Part shown: piece by piece, positions 28,458 to 38,501 of the stretch
Position numbering within the stretch: the stretch's first letter is position 1
How the letters are laid out: each line of letters begins with the position of its first letter
IMG/VR virus record: IMGVR_UViG_3300035703_000095
Location: 1-62,606 of that record
Length of the DNA stretch: 62,606 nt
DNA from: a virus
Taxonomy: Duplodnaviria > Caudoviricetes
Direction: 5' to 3' (one strand)
Notes under the pieces: model-generated
Told to the model about the DNA's origin: nothing
The model's database searches: none
What the model saw: the letters and a program-made list of their open reading frames with translations, nothing else
Position numbers and translations under genes: made by a program

Positions 28458-28727
28458 ATGAAGTACAGAATTGATACCGCATATTGTTGGTACAATAAAG
28501 GAACTATAATTGTTCTAATGTACTTTATAAGCGGAGTTCCTTTTACTTTTGATGAACTTCCAGATTGTGCCATGCAAGATCTGGAAATAATTCATTTAGC
28601 AGATAACGAAAGAAGATTTGAGCCAGAGGACCTATACAGATCATCATTTTATCTAATTGATGAGCAATGCCACCCTCTAATGTTTGAATTGGAACTGGAA
28701 AATCCAGAAATGTTACCTGCAGATTAA
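28458..28727 (+). CDS. hypothetical protein
   Basis: 89 aa, AGGA RBS. Confidence 0.75.
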   Translation: MKYRIDTAYCWYNKGTIIVLMYFISGVPFTFDELPDCAMQDLEIIHLADNERRFEPEDLYRSSFYLIDEQCHPLMFELELENPEMLPAD

Positions 28728-28728
28728 T

Positions 28729-28800
28729 GCCCTTGTAGCTCAGTGGTAGAGCAACGGTTTTGTAAACCGTTGGTCGTCTGTTCGAATCAGATCGGGGGCT
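28729..28800 (+). tRNA. tRNA-Thr(UGU)
   Basis: GCCCTTG/CGGGGGC acceptor, ACGGT-TT-TGT-AA-ACCGT, TTCGAAT loop. Confidence 0.93.
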
Positions 28801-28819
28801 TGAGTTCTATAAAACTCCA

Positions 28820-28975
28820 ATGTCATTAATTTCTCAAAAAGACCGTGAAAACGTTATCGAATCCATTGACTTTTATCTATTCAGCAAAGGAATCGATTTT
28901 AGCGAAGAAAAAAGAGCAGAGTTTAATGCACTTCTCAACTGGATACGACTCGAACATTTCAAACATGAAAATTAA
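28820..28975 (+). CDS. 51-aa hypothetical protein
   Basis: Hand translation MSLISQKDRENVIESIDFY...LLNWIRLEHFKHEN*. Confidence 0.6.
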   Translation: MSLISQKDRENVIESIDFYLFSKGIDFSEEKRAEFNALLNWIRLEHFKHEN

Positions 28976-29138
28976 TCTCTGGTATTGTAAAGATATGAGT
29001 CAGTGGAGATGGACTCTCACTGATGATTCTAGACCAATCATAAAGCAAGAATCTGGTCAACAACCTTTTCTTAGAGATGCTATGAATGATGTGGCAAATA
29101 CTGTAGAATATATGCTAGAGTGTAAGCAACCTGAATGA
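28965..29138 (+). CDS. hypothetical protein
   Basis: MKINLWYCKDMSQWRWTL...; likely true start of the 28845 track ORF. Confidence 0.7.
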   Translation: MKINLWYCKDMSQWRWTLTDDSRPIIKQESGQQPFLRDAMNDVANTVEYMLECKQPE

Positions 29139-29758
29139 AGTCTGACTTCTATATTGATAAAGTCACTAAGAAACAAGCAGAAGATATTTTACTCCAATAT
29201 CATTATCTAAAAGACTTTTCAAAAGGGTTTAAGTCTGGATATAACTATGGCCTTTTTGAAAAGAATGAGTTTTCTCCACTAAATCTTGGTGGAGTTAAAG
29301 GTGTTTGCATTTTTACTGGATTACCTGTACCTGAAGTTGCTAAAGGAGCATTTGGACTTGAAAGAAACGAACAACAAGGACTCTTTGAACTCTCAAGACT
29401 TTGCATCGAACCTAGTACGCAGTCATGCGAATATAACATCACTTCTTGGTTTGTGTCACGAGCGATTAGACAACTTCGGAAAGATACTGAAGTTAAAGCA
29501 ATCCTTTCTTATGCTGATTCAGATTTCCATTCTGGTACAACTTATCGTGCTTGCAACTTTAAGTATTACGGTCTCACGGATCGAAAAAAAGATTTCTATT
29601 ATTCAGACGGAACTAAACACTCTCGTGGAAAAATAAAAGGATCTGAAGGTGAATGGAAAGACCGTAGTAGAAAGCATAGATACTTAATGGTATTTGATAA
29701 GGAACTTCAAAAACGCTTGACATGGAAAGAAGAATCATGGTATGATAATAAGGTGTGA
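29135..29758 (+). CDS. Mom-like (GNAT-fold) DNA modification protein
   Basis: HYL, ELSRL, SWFVSRAI, LSYAD..H.GT.Y.A.NF. Confidence 0.7.
   Translation: MKSDFYIDKVTKKQAEDILLQYHYLKDFSKGFKSGYNYGLFEKNEFSPLNLGGVKGVCIFTGLPVPEVAKGAFGLERNEQQGLFELSRLCIEPSTQSCEYNITSWFVSRAIRQLRKDTEVKAILSYADSDFHSGTTYRACNFKYYGLTDRKKDFYYSDGTKHSRGKIKGSEGEWKDRSRKHRYLMVFDKELQKRLTWKEESWYDNKV
29717..29746 (+). promoter_or_regulatory. sigma70 promoter inside the end of the Mom-like gene
   Basis: TTGACA-18-TATGAT with extended TG. Confidence 0.7.
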
Positions 29759-29801
29759 AGGAAGTGCGAAAAGGGCAGCCAGAAATGGTCTGCCCTTTTT
29801 T
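29753..29801 (+). ncRNA. candidate ~50-nt small RNA
   Basis: Promoter followed almost immediately by a terminator, no ORF; begins GTGTGAAGGAAGT. Confidence 0.5.
29769..29801 (+). terminator. intrinsic terminator
   Basis: AAAAGGGCAG-CCAGAAATGGT-CTGCCCTTTTTT. Confidence 0.88.
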
Positions 29802-29845
29802 CGTATGATAAATAACTTATAACGGAAACTATAAGTATTAATAAG

Positions 29846-32800
29846 ATGGGTCTCTCTCGTTTAGACAATTTTCTGAAGTCGGTTAGAGGAACTATTCTCT
29901 ATGTAAACCCAAACGATTTAGATGCTACGGATAGTATAGAGAATCAAGGAAATTCTCTGACTCGTCCATTTAAAACTATCCAGAGAGCTCTTATTGAGTC
30001 TGCGAGATTCTCATATCAAAGAGGTCTTAATAATGACAGATTTGGTAAGACAACAATTCTTGTCTATCCCGGAGATCATATTGTAGACAATAGACCTGGA
30101 TGGATTCCTGATGGATCTAATAATTTTAGACTAAGGGATGGAACTACTTCAAATGATTTTAGTCAGTTTGATTTAACTTCAAACTTTGATCTATCAACAC
30201 CAGAAAACGAACTCTACAAATTAAACAGTATCCATGGTGGAGTTATCATTCCAAGAGGTACTTCAATTGTTGGTCTAGATCTAAGAAAGACTAAAATCAG
30301 ACCAAAGTATGTACCAAATCCAACGAATGATAATATTGAAAGATCTGCAATTTTCAGAGTAACTGGTGGTTGCTACTTCTGGCAGTTCTCAATGTTTGAT
30401 GCTGATCCAAATGGTCAGTGCTTTATTGATTATACATCTAACCTATTTGTTCCCAATTTCTCTCACCATAAGTTAACTTGCTTTGAATATGCAGATGGTG
30501 TAAATGGTGTAAATATCAACGATACTTTCCAAACATATTCTACAGATCGTACTGATCTGGATATGTATTATGAAAAAGTTGGTCTTGCATACGGTCAATC
30601 TTCTGGTCGTCCAATCGAACCTGATTATCCATCTGCTGCACTTGATATTGAACCAAAAATTGATGAATATCGCATTGTAGGATCTACAGGAGAGGCTGTA
30701 GGAATTACCAGCATTAGATCTGGAGATGGAATCACTTCCAATGCAACAGTTACTGTAACTACAGCAACTCCAGTACCAGGATTAGATGTAGATACCCCAT
30801 TCAGAATTCAAGGTATTACTGCAGTTGGTTATGATGGTCAGTTTGTTGTTACTGAAAAAATAAGTGATACTCAAGTTTCATATAGAGTCCAAAATGCACC
30901 AGCAAATCCTCTCCCATCCGTAACTGGAGCAACTCTATCACTATCTTCAGATACTGTAACTTCAGCATCTCCTTACATTTTCAACATCTCTCTACGTTCA
31001 GTATATGGAATGTGTGGAGTTCTTGCTGATGGTTTTAAAGCATCTGGATTTAAATCCATGGTTGTTGCACAATTCACTGGAATTGGACTTCAAAAGGATG
31101 ATAATGCATTTGTAATTTTCAATGAGAATAGTGGCGTATATGATGATGCTTCTGTTCCTGGAAATGAAACAATTAGCAATAATTCCAGAGCTGTTTTCAA
31201 ACCAGAATACAGAAACTTCCATATTAAAGTAACAAATGATGCATTTGTTCAGAACGTTTCCATCTTTGCTATTGGATATGCAGAGCACTTTGTAACAGAA
31301 AATGGTGGTGATATGTCTATCACCAACTCCAACTCAAACTTTGGTGCAAAAGCTCTTGTTGCATCTGGATTTAGAAGTGCAGCATTCCCTCAGGATGATA
31401 TTGGTTATATTACTCATATTATTCCACCAAAAGAACTTTCACGTACAGAAACTGCGATTGAATTCAATTCAATTGATGTTCTAAAAACATCATCAGTTAC
31501 TGGTGTTGGATCAACAGGTAATCTCTACCTATACAATGAAACAAATGCTGACGTTCCACCAGAAAATGTTATTGAAGGTTATAGAATAGGTGCCAGACAA
31601 AATGATACTCTGGGAGTATTAGTTTCTTATGCAGGATCTGTTACTGAATACAGATCAAGAATTGTTATGCCAGGATCTCAATCAAGCAGTGAGAAGAGAT
31701 TCCAGGTTAATAGAAGCAGTGTAGGTATTAATAGTATAACAAATAACACCCTTACACTTAGAGAAAATCATACACTCTTTAATGGCGAATCTATTCGCAT
31801 TTTAAGTGATACAGGACAACTTCCAGATGGTATTATTCCAAATACAGTTTATTATGCAATTACAAGTGGAAACCCAAGCAGCGGTTTAACCACTACGACT
31901 GAAATCAAGATTGCAAAAACTCAGAATGATGCGGTAAATGCAACTGAACTAAACATTAATAACAAAGGTGGAGTCTTAAGTATTGTAAGTAGAGTCTCTG
32001 ATAAGAACTCTGGTGATGTTGGCCACCCAATTCAATATGATGAAACTGCAGGGCAGTGGTATATTAAAGTTTCTACTGCGGCTACAGATAATACAATCTA
32101 TCCAACTATTGTTGGTCTTGGTTCAACAGCACTTGGATCCGCAACACCAAGAACATACATTACCAGACTTCAAGACAATAGAAATGCTATCGATACTCTG
32201 TACAGAGTTAGATATGTTCTACCTTCAAATTCTGGTATTAATGCAAGACCTCCTAGTGATGGATTCATTGTACAAGAATCTAACTCATCTATTGGAATTA
32301 CAACTGCTGAAGTTCAAACTTACTTTGGTTCAGGGTCTCTATCAAATGTCAATGAGCAAAGAAACTTCAGACTTATTGCAGGTGCAACTTGGGACGGAAC
32401 TAACGCAAGTATCATAACTGAACTTCCACATAATCTTTCTGTTGGGTCTCAAGTTGAGTTATTCAACATAAAGAGTACTTTAAATACGACTGGTGCAAGA
32501 AATAGTGGATTCAATAGAGTTTATAATGTTGTTGGAATTAGCAGTTCAAAGCAATTTACTGTAGGACTTTCAACAAATCCAGGAACCTTTACAAATGATA
32601 CTTCATCTAGAGGTACTTCACTTCCATATTTCGAAAGAAAGAGATACAAAAACACATATTATGTCTACAGAACACAAGAAGCTCAAAAATATGTTTCGGG
32701 TGAGCAGGATGGTATCTATTACCTGACTATTCTGAATGCTTCAAACTCTCCAACGATTGCACCATTCACAGAAGAAAAATTCTCTCAACCAGTTAAAGAA

Positions 32801-35698
32801 CTTTATCCACAAATCAATCGTGATAATCCAAAATCAGATCCAGATGCATCTAGATCTTTTGCATCATCACAACTAATTGGTGAAGTTTTTGTTAACGATG
32901 TTCAGAATAGTATCACAAAAGAAACTATCAATAAAGTCCTAATTGATACTAACATTGGAGTTGGCCTTACTGATGTAGTTTCTGTAGGAGCAACTCATAC
33001 TATTCATACTTCGATTGAGCATGGTCTGAATAGACTTGTAAAAGTCAGTATTGCTAATAGCGGTATTGGATATGGATCTGGTACTCCATCAACCATTTAC
33101 AATGCCAACCTTGTTGGATTTGCAGGATCCGTTACTGGATCTAATGCTACTGCAAAGATTTCCACCAATGCGTTAGGTAATATCACTGACATTAAGATTA
33201 TGGATGGTGGTAGCGCATATGGAATTGGAAATACTCTTGCTATCGTTGGAGTAGCAACAACAGCAGGATATTCTCAAGCAGTTGTAACTGTAACTGGTAT
33301 CTATAACAACGTTGGTGATGTTGTTAGAGTTTCCGGAGTTTCCTCTTCATCTTATCAAGAATACAATAATCTCTATAGAATAACTGAGGTTTCAATTGGC
33401 AATCCAACTCAATTTAAAGTAACCTCCACAAATCCATTCCAATCTGCACCTTCAACTGGTGTAGGTGCGACTCAAACACAAAATGCATTTTTCTCTATTA
33501 CAGGAGAATCTATTCTAGTTGATACTATTTCTTATAATAATTTAACTGGAATTGCAAACATTACGACCATTAATCGTCATGGTCTAAAAGTTGACAGTAA
33601 AGTAAAATTTGTCGGAGCTGATCAGGGAATTTATAGTGGCGATTTTGTAGTCACTGAGGTTCAAGGACTTACATCATTCTCTGTTAATATTGGAATTAGC
33701 ACAAACTCACCTACTGCAACTGGCACAATCTATGCATATCGTGGAGGAGTTACCTCAAATGGTGGAGTCATTACTGTAGATAATGAAAATCTAAACGGAA
33801 GAATGATTCCTGCGTATGCAGGCATTACAACAACACTATCTGCTTTAATTCCAGACCCAATCATCGATGAAATTAATCTACAAGGAATTTCAAATCTAGA
33901 TGTTAATATTGGTGATTATTTCATGATTGATGATGAGATTGTAAGAGTTAAAACGACAACATCATCAAGTAGTATAACTGGGCCATCAAATCCCGTTTAT
34001 GTTTTCCGTGGTGTTCTTGGAACAAAGGCAGTTAATCATGCAATTAACTCCGTTGTAAGAAAAATAAAAGTTAATCCAATTGAGCTAAGAAGACACTCCA
34101 TCTCTCGTGCATCGGGACATACATTTGAATATGTTGGTTTTGGCCCTGGTAACTACTCAACTGCATTCCCAGATAAGCAGGATCGTCAAATTTCTGCACA
34201 AGAAGAACTTCTTGCACAGTCAACAAGAAAAGATGGAGGAATTAACTTCTACACAGGTATGAATGACAAGGGCATTTCATACTCTGGCAATAAAAAGTTA
34301 AGTACAGTCACTGGCCAGGAAGAAATTTTTGATACTCCAATTCAAACTGTAACTGGTGAAGATATTGGAAATCTTCCAGGATTAAATGTTATCAACCCTA
34401 TTGAAGGTGTTTTCAATAGATTGATTCGTGTAGAAGGTGGATCTGACGGTAAGGCAACATCAGAATTTTCTGGACCAGTAATCTTCAGTAATAAGATTAC
34501 TTCAACATCGAATAAAGGAATTGAATCAAATTCGATTCTGCTTCAGGGTGATGCAACAGTTTCCAGAAAGTATACCGTTGGTATTGCCACACCATCACTA
34601 GCAGGAAACCCAGGAGATGTTGTTTACTATGCAAACCCATCATCAGGTGGTTATGTTGGTTGGATTTATACATTAGATAATGAGTGGTATCGCTTTGGAA
34701 ATATCAGTATCTCCAAAAATAGCAATATTGGCATCTTTGATCAGATTGGTATTTCTACAAGCACTCCAGGACAAGCAAAACTTCTTGTTGGTTCAGGAAC
34801 AACTCAGGTTAGTGTTGATGGAAATGGTGGAGTTGGAATTGGTACGACTGCAAGTTCTTATAAACTGAATGTTAATGGAAACACAAATATTGCAGGAACT
34901 TGCTATGCAGTCTCCTACATAGGAGATGGTAATGGACTTACAAACTTAAATGCAAGTTCAACTGGATGGACAGTTATTGGTGGTGGAATTTATAATACGA
35001 GTTTAAATAATGTTGGAATTGGCACATCTGTCCCAAGATTCTCACTTGAAATTGGATCTATTGGTGTTGGTGGTACTTCACTTTGGGTAAATAATAGTGC
35101 AAGATTTGATGGATTCCTAAGTGCTAATGATGTAACGGTGACAGGAATTCTTACTGCATCATCTTTTGATCTATCAGGTGGAACTGGTAGAATTAATGCA
35201 GGAATTGTTACGACTTCAACTCTCGTAGTTGGAGCATCTGGAGCAACTATTACAACAAATGGTTTAAATGTTGGAGTTGGAACAACCGTACCTAGAGCAA
35301 AACTTGATGTTGAAGGTACGATAAGAATTAAGACTCTCCGTGAGGCTGTAGAATCACTTTCTATTAGTGGAAATGCAGTTTCAGTTGATCTCTCTAGAGC
35401 ACAAAACTTCAACTTAACCCTAAATGATAATGTAAGTTACTTCACTATTACAAATACTCCATCTGAAGCAAGTTCATTTACTATTAGAATAACTCAAGAT
35501 GGAACTGGTGGAAGAGTAGTTGACATCGATGACTTCAAAACTTCCGGAGGTGCTTCAATTCCCGTTTATTGGCCAGGTGGTGGTGTCATCCCAATCATTA
35601 CACCAACAGCAAATCGAACTGACATTTATTCGTTCAAGACTTTTGACGGTGGATCTAATTGGTATGGAACTGTTATCGGACAAAACTTTACAAATTAA
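29846..35698 (+). CDS. large tail fibre/baseplate-associated structural protein
   Basis: 1950 aa; MGLSRLDNFLK start, PFKTIQRAL, GIGT repeats, shared C-terminal W-P domain; GATAAATA at 29807. Confidence 0.8.
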   Translation: MGLSRLDNFLKSVRGTILYVNPNDLDATDSIENQGNSLTRPFKTIQRALIESARFSYQRGLNNDRFGKTTILVYPGDHIVDNRPGWIPDGSNNFRLRDGTTSNDFSQFDLTSNFDLSTPENELYKLNSIHGGVIIPRGTSIVGLDLRKTKIRPKYVPNPTNDNIERSAIFRVTGGCYFWQFSMFDADPNGQCFIDYTSNLFVPNFSHHKLTCFEYADGVNGVNINDTFQTYSTDRTDLDMYYEKVGLAYGQSSGRPIEPDYPSAALDIEPKIDEYRIVGSTGEAVGITSIRSGDGITSNATVTVTTATPVPGLDVDTPFRIQGITAVGYDGQFVVTEKISDTQVSYRVQNAPANPLPSVTGATLSLSSDTVTSASPYIFNISLRSVYGMCGVLADGFKASGFKSMVVAQFTGIGLQKDDNAFVIFNENSGVYDDASVPGNETISNNSRAVFKPEYRNFHIKVTNDAFVQNVSIFAIGYAEHFVTENGGDMSITNSNSNFGAKALVASGFRSAAFPQDDIGYITHIIPPKELSRTETAIEFNSIDVLKTSSVTGVGSTGNLYLYNETNADVPPENVIEGYRIGARQNDTLGVLVSYAGSVTEYRSRIVMPGSQSSSEKRFQVNRSSVGINSITNNTLTLRENHTLFNGESIRILSDTGQLPDGIIPNTVYYAITSGNPSSGLTTTTEIKIAKTQNDAVNATELNINNKGGVLSIVSRVSDKNSGDVGHPIQYDETAGQWYIKVSTAATDNTIYPTIVGLGSTALGSATPRTYITRLQDNRNAIDTLYRVRYVLPSNSGINARPPSDGFIVQESNSSIGITTAEVQTYFGSGSLSNVNEQRNFRLIAGATWDGTNASIITELPHNLSVGSQVELFNIKSTLNTTGARNSGFNRVYNVVGISSSKQFTVGLSTNPGTFTNDTSSRGTSLPYFERKRYKNTYYVYRTQEAQKYVSGEQDGIYYLTILNASNSPTIAPFTEEKFSQPVKELYPQINRDNPKSDPDASRSFASSQLIGEVFVNDVQNSITKETINKVLIDTNIGVGLTDVVSVGATHTIHTSIEHGLNRLVKVSIANSGIGYGSGTPSTIYNANLVGFAGSVTGSNATAKISTNALGNITDIKIMDGGSAYGIGNTLAIVGVATTAGYSQAVVTVTGIYNNVGDVVRVSGVSSSSYQEYNNLYRITEVSIGNPTQFKVTSTNPFQSAPSTGVGATQTQNAFFSITGESILVDTISYNNLTGIANITTINRHGLKVDSKVKFVGADQGIYSGDFVVTEVQGLTSFSVNIGISTNSPTATGTIYAYRGGVTSNGGVITVDNENLNGRMIPAYAGITTTLSALIPDPIIDEINLQGISNLDVNIGDYFMIDDEIVRVKTTTSSSSITGPSNPVYVFRGVLGTKAVNHAINSVVRKIKVNPIELRRHSISRASGHTFEYVGFGPGNYSTAFPDKQDRQISAQEELLAQSTRKDGGINFYTGMNDKGISYSGNKKLSTVTGQEEIFDTPIQTVTGEDIGNLPGLNVINPIEGVFNRLIRVEGGSDGKATSEFSGPVIFSNKITSTSNKGIESNSILLQGDATVSRKYTVGIATPSLAGNPGDVVYYANPSSGGYVGWIYTLDNEWYRFGNISISKNSNIGIFDQIGISTSTPGQAKLLVGSGTTQVSVDGNGGVGIGTTASSYKLNVNGNTNIAGTCYAVSYIGDGNGLTNLNASSTGWTVIGGGIYNTSLNNVGIGTSVPRFSLEIGSIGVGGTSLWVNNSARFDGFLSANDVTVTGILTASSFDLSGGTGRINAGIVTTSTLVVGASGATITTNGLNVGVGTTVPRAKLDVEGTIRIKTLREAVESLSISGNAVSVDLSRAQNFNLTLNDNVSYFTITNTPSEASSFTIRITQDGTGGRVVDIDDFKTSGGASIPVYWPGGGVIPIITPTANRTDIYSFKTFDGGSNWYGTVIGQNFTN

Positions 35699-35704
35699 TC
35701 AAAA

Positions 35705-38461
35705 ATGATTAATAAACAAACTACTCTGGATCTCAATGGTCCTATTCTATCTTTCATACAACAACCACAATCGGCAAATGTAGATCACAACGGATCCACA
35801 ACTTTTGTTGGAATTGCAACGGCATCATTTCCCACACAAACTCCAGCAAATACTGCAACAAATACGGGAACATTAAGATACAGATGGTATGCTGAAGGGC
35901 ATGGAGCTCTAAGTGACGGAAGTTTTCGTGGTGCAACAATCAGTGGAACTGGAACAACAACTCTTACAGTTTCTAATGCGGTTAGTCCAACCACCAGTAG
36001 AACTAATTTTTATCTTACTGTAGATTATGAACCATCTGCATATGCACAACCTGCTGGTTCCGAAGTTAATCAATCCACATCAAGATCAACGGGAAATGCA
36101 ATCAATGATGTATTAAATTCAAATATTGCTACATTACTAGTTTATCCATATATTACAATCACCTCTCAACCAGAATCCACTACTGCTGCAATTGGTAGTA
36201 ACGTTTCATTGTCGGTAGACGCAACTCTATCTGATCCAAGTTTTGGTGACCTTTCATATCAGTGGCAATACATAAATTCGCCAGCTCAAGATTTTGGTGA
36301 GGGTGCAAATCAAGGGCCAGATTCTGCATTTACTGTTCAAGGAGCTAGAAGAAATGCATTATTCTTGGTTTCAAGAGCAGGAGGACCAACTACAACGAAT
36401 TTAAGAGCGGCTGTCAGTAACCCAAATGCAACGACAGTATTTTCAAATACAGTATCCTTATCTACAATTAACCCAAGAAGTATCATAATATTTGAGGGAT
36501 TTGATCCACAGAATAACTATGTAAGAAGACAAGTAAATTTAGAGAATGGTGCAAGTTTTCAATTAACTGATAGTACATTTGGTCCAAATTTTAATATTGT
36601 TACCTTCTATGCTCCAGAAAATGATTTAGATATTGATGTAGAAATTCGCGCAAGCAAAGGTAACGATAATAGTGGATATTCAGGTGGTGCGGGAGGATAT
36701 TCAAGAGTTAGATTTACAATGAGAAGAAATGATGAATACACTGCATTAGGAATATCAAATAATAGTGGTGTTTTCCTCTACAGGGGATCTTCATTAATTG
36801 CTGCAGTTGGAAAAGGTGGCGATGCCGGTACTGGAGGAAATGGCGGAGCTGGTGGTGGCGTAAGTAATGCAGGTGCAAATGGATCGGGAAGAAATGCAGG
36901 AACTGGTGGATCTTATGTTGCAAGTGGCCAATTAACAACAACTGGAATTTTTGGTTCAAACTCCTCAGTTTTAGCACAAAATATTCTTCCTGGAGATAGT
37001 AAGGCAGCAATACCTTCTGGGGGAAGAGCAATATCATGCACAAAAGGTTCTTACTGGACTAAACAAGGTAAAACTCCATGTGAAATCAACGGAGTAACGC
37101 AATTTTATAACACTACAGAATCTTTAATATCAAGAAGTGCATTCATTAACAGAGGATTTAAACCAGGATATACTATAACAGCGACTGAAGGCAGAGCTAC
37201 TTCTGTTGGAGGTAATGGAGGCAATGGTGCCGTAGGTGGAAGTGGTGGTGGTGAAGGTGGAGGCGGTGGTGGTAGTGGATATATTGACAGTTCTATTACA
37301 CAATTAGCATCGACTCAGGGCGAAAATAATTCACAAAAATCCACAATAAACTTTAAGATTTACGTTCCACCCCCACCACCACCCCCACCACCAACGTATT
37401 CATATGTATCAGAATCTTCACCTGTAGTATCTCAATCAAGTTGCCCAGATCCCGATACTTTAATTTTAATGTCTGATGGATCTCAAAAACGTGCGGGGGA
37501 TCTTAAAGTTGGTGATTATGTTAGAACTAAACACGAAAGTACTTTACAATGGGGCGATTACCCAGTTCTAGATGTAAAAATTGTAGAAGATGATAAAGTA
37601 AATCTTATTTTTGATGAGACCAATCTTATCTGTTCATATAGCCATAAATTATATGTTGATGGTCAAGGTTGGAAACGTGTTAGTGATATGTCAATAGGTG
37701 ACATCGTTTCTGGATTTGTTTTAAAAGAGATTGTAGAACATGAAAGAGGCGAAGTTGTTGGCATTGAAATTGATAGGGCTCATGCATATATCTCAAACAA
37801 ATTATTATCTCACAACTTAGTCGGTAAAGGTAGTTGCCCAGATCCAGAAATGCCAATCCTGATGGCAGATGGTTCAGAAAAGAAAGCAGGTGATATTGAA
37901 ATTGGTGATGAAATTTTAACCCAACATGAACACACTCTTGAATGGGGAACTTATAAGGTTATCCAGAAGAGTATTCTTCATGAGAAGAAACTAAAAATGA
38001 TTTTTGCTTCAACTGAAGATGATTCATACAAAGAAATCATTTGTTCAGATTCTCATCAATTTTATTCAAATGATTCTGGATGGATAAGTTCCTTAGAAAT
38101 GAATATAGGTGATACTGTTGAAAACTATAAATTAATTTCATCTGAAAAAATTGAAAGTGGTCAGGTGGTTCAACTTGCTGTTGATGAGGCACACACATAC
38201 GTTTGCTGTGGATTGTTATCTCATAACAAACTTGTTGCACCAGTATATCAAGGTGTTGCGGGAGGTTTTAATCAAAATGCAGGATATAGCCAAAGTCAAA
38301 TATATGGTGGAGGAACTAGTGCTGTTCTAGGAGCAAGTGCGGTTGATCGTGCCGTAAGTGGCGGATACACTCTTTCTTCAATTCAAGCATGGGTCAATTC
38401 TACAGGTGCAACCGTGGGCCCAGCAGCACAAGCTCTTGGTATTAGACCTGCAAGAAGATAA
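35705..38461 (+). CDS. virion protein: Ig-like domains, glycine-rich domain, poly-Pro linker, two Hint domains
   Basis: ITSQP..LSYQWQ Ig motifs; C...DG..K....L.VGD...SHN twice (37442-37816, 37835-38227). Confidence 0.8.
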   Translation: MINKQTTLDLNGPILSFIQQPQSANVDHNGSTTFVGIATASFPTQTPANTATNTGTLRYRWYAEGHGALSDGSFRGATISGTGTTTLTVSNAVSPTTSRTNFYLTVDYEPSAYAQPAGSEVNQSTSRSTGNAINDVLNSNIATLLVYPYITITSQPESTTAAIGSNVSLSVDATLSDPSFGDLSYQWQYINSPAQDFGEGANQGPDSAFTVQGARRNALFLVSRAGGPTTTNLRAAVSNPNATTVFSNTVSLSTINPRSIIIFEGFDPQNNYVRRQVNLENGASFQLTDSTFGPNFNIVTFYAPENDLDIDVEIRASKGNDNSGYSGGAGGYSRVRFTMRRNDEYTALGISNNSGVFLYRGSSLIAAVGKGGDAGTGGNGGAGGGVSNAGANGSGRNAGTGGSYVASGQLTTTGIFGSNSSVLAQNILPGDSKAAIPSGGRAISCTKGSYWTKQGKTPCEINGVTQFYNTTESLISRSAFINRGFKPGYTITATEGRATSVGGNGGNGAVGGSGGGEGGGGGGSGYIDSSITQLASTQGENNSQKSTINFKIYVPPPPPPPPPTYSYVSESSPVVSQSSCPDPDTLILMSDGSQKRAGDLKVGDYVRTKHESTLQWGDYPVLDVKIVEDDKVNLIFDETNLICSYSHKLYVDGQGWKRVSDMSIGDIVSGFVLKEIVEHERGEVVGIEIDRAHAYISNKLLSHNLVGKGSCPDPEMPILMADGSEKKAGDIEIGDEILTQHEHTLEWGTYKVIQKSILHEKKLKMIFASTEDDSYKEIICSDSHQFYSNDSGWISSLEMNIGDTVENYKLISSEKIESGQVVQLAVDEAHTYVCCGLLSHNKLVAPVYQGVAGGFNQNAGYSQSQIYGGGTSAVLGASAVDRAVSGGYTLSSIQAWVNSTGATVGPAAQALGIRPARR

Positions 38462-38501
38462 TTCTTACATAAATAGTAAAAAATAACGGGGATAGTGAAC
38501 C

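Noticed and set aside
37442-38227. Mobile inteins
   Set aside because: No homing endonuclease and no Cys/Ser/Thr at +1; treated as intein-like processing domains
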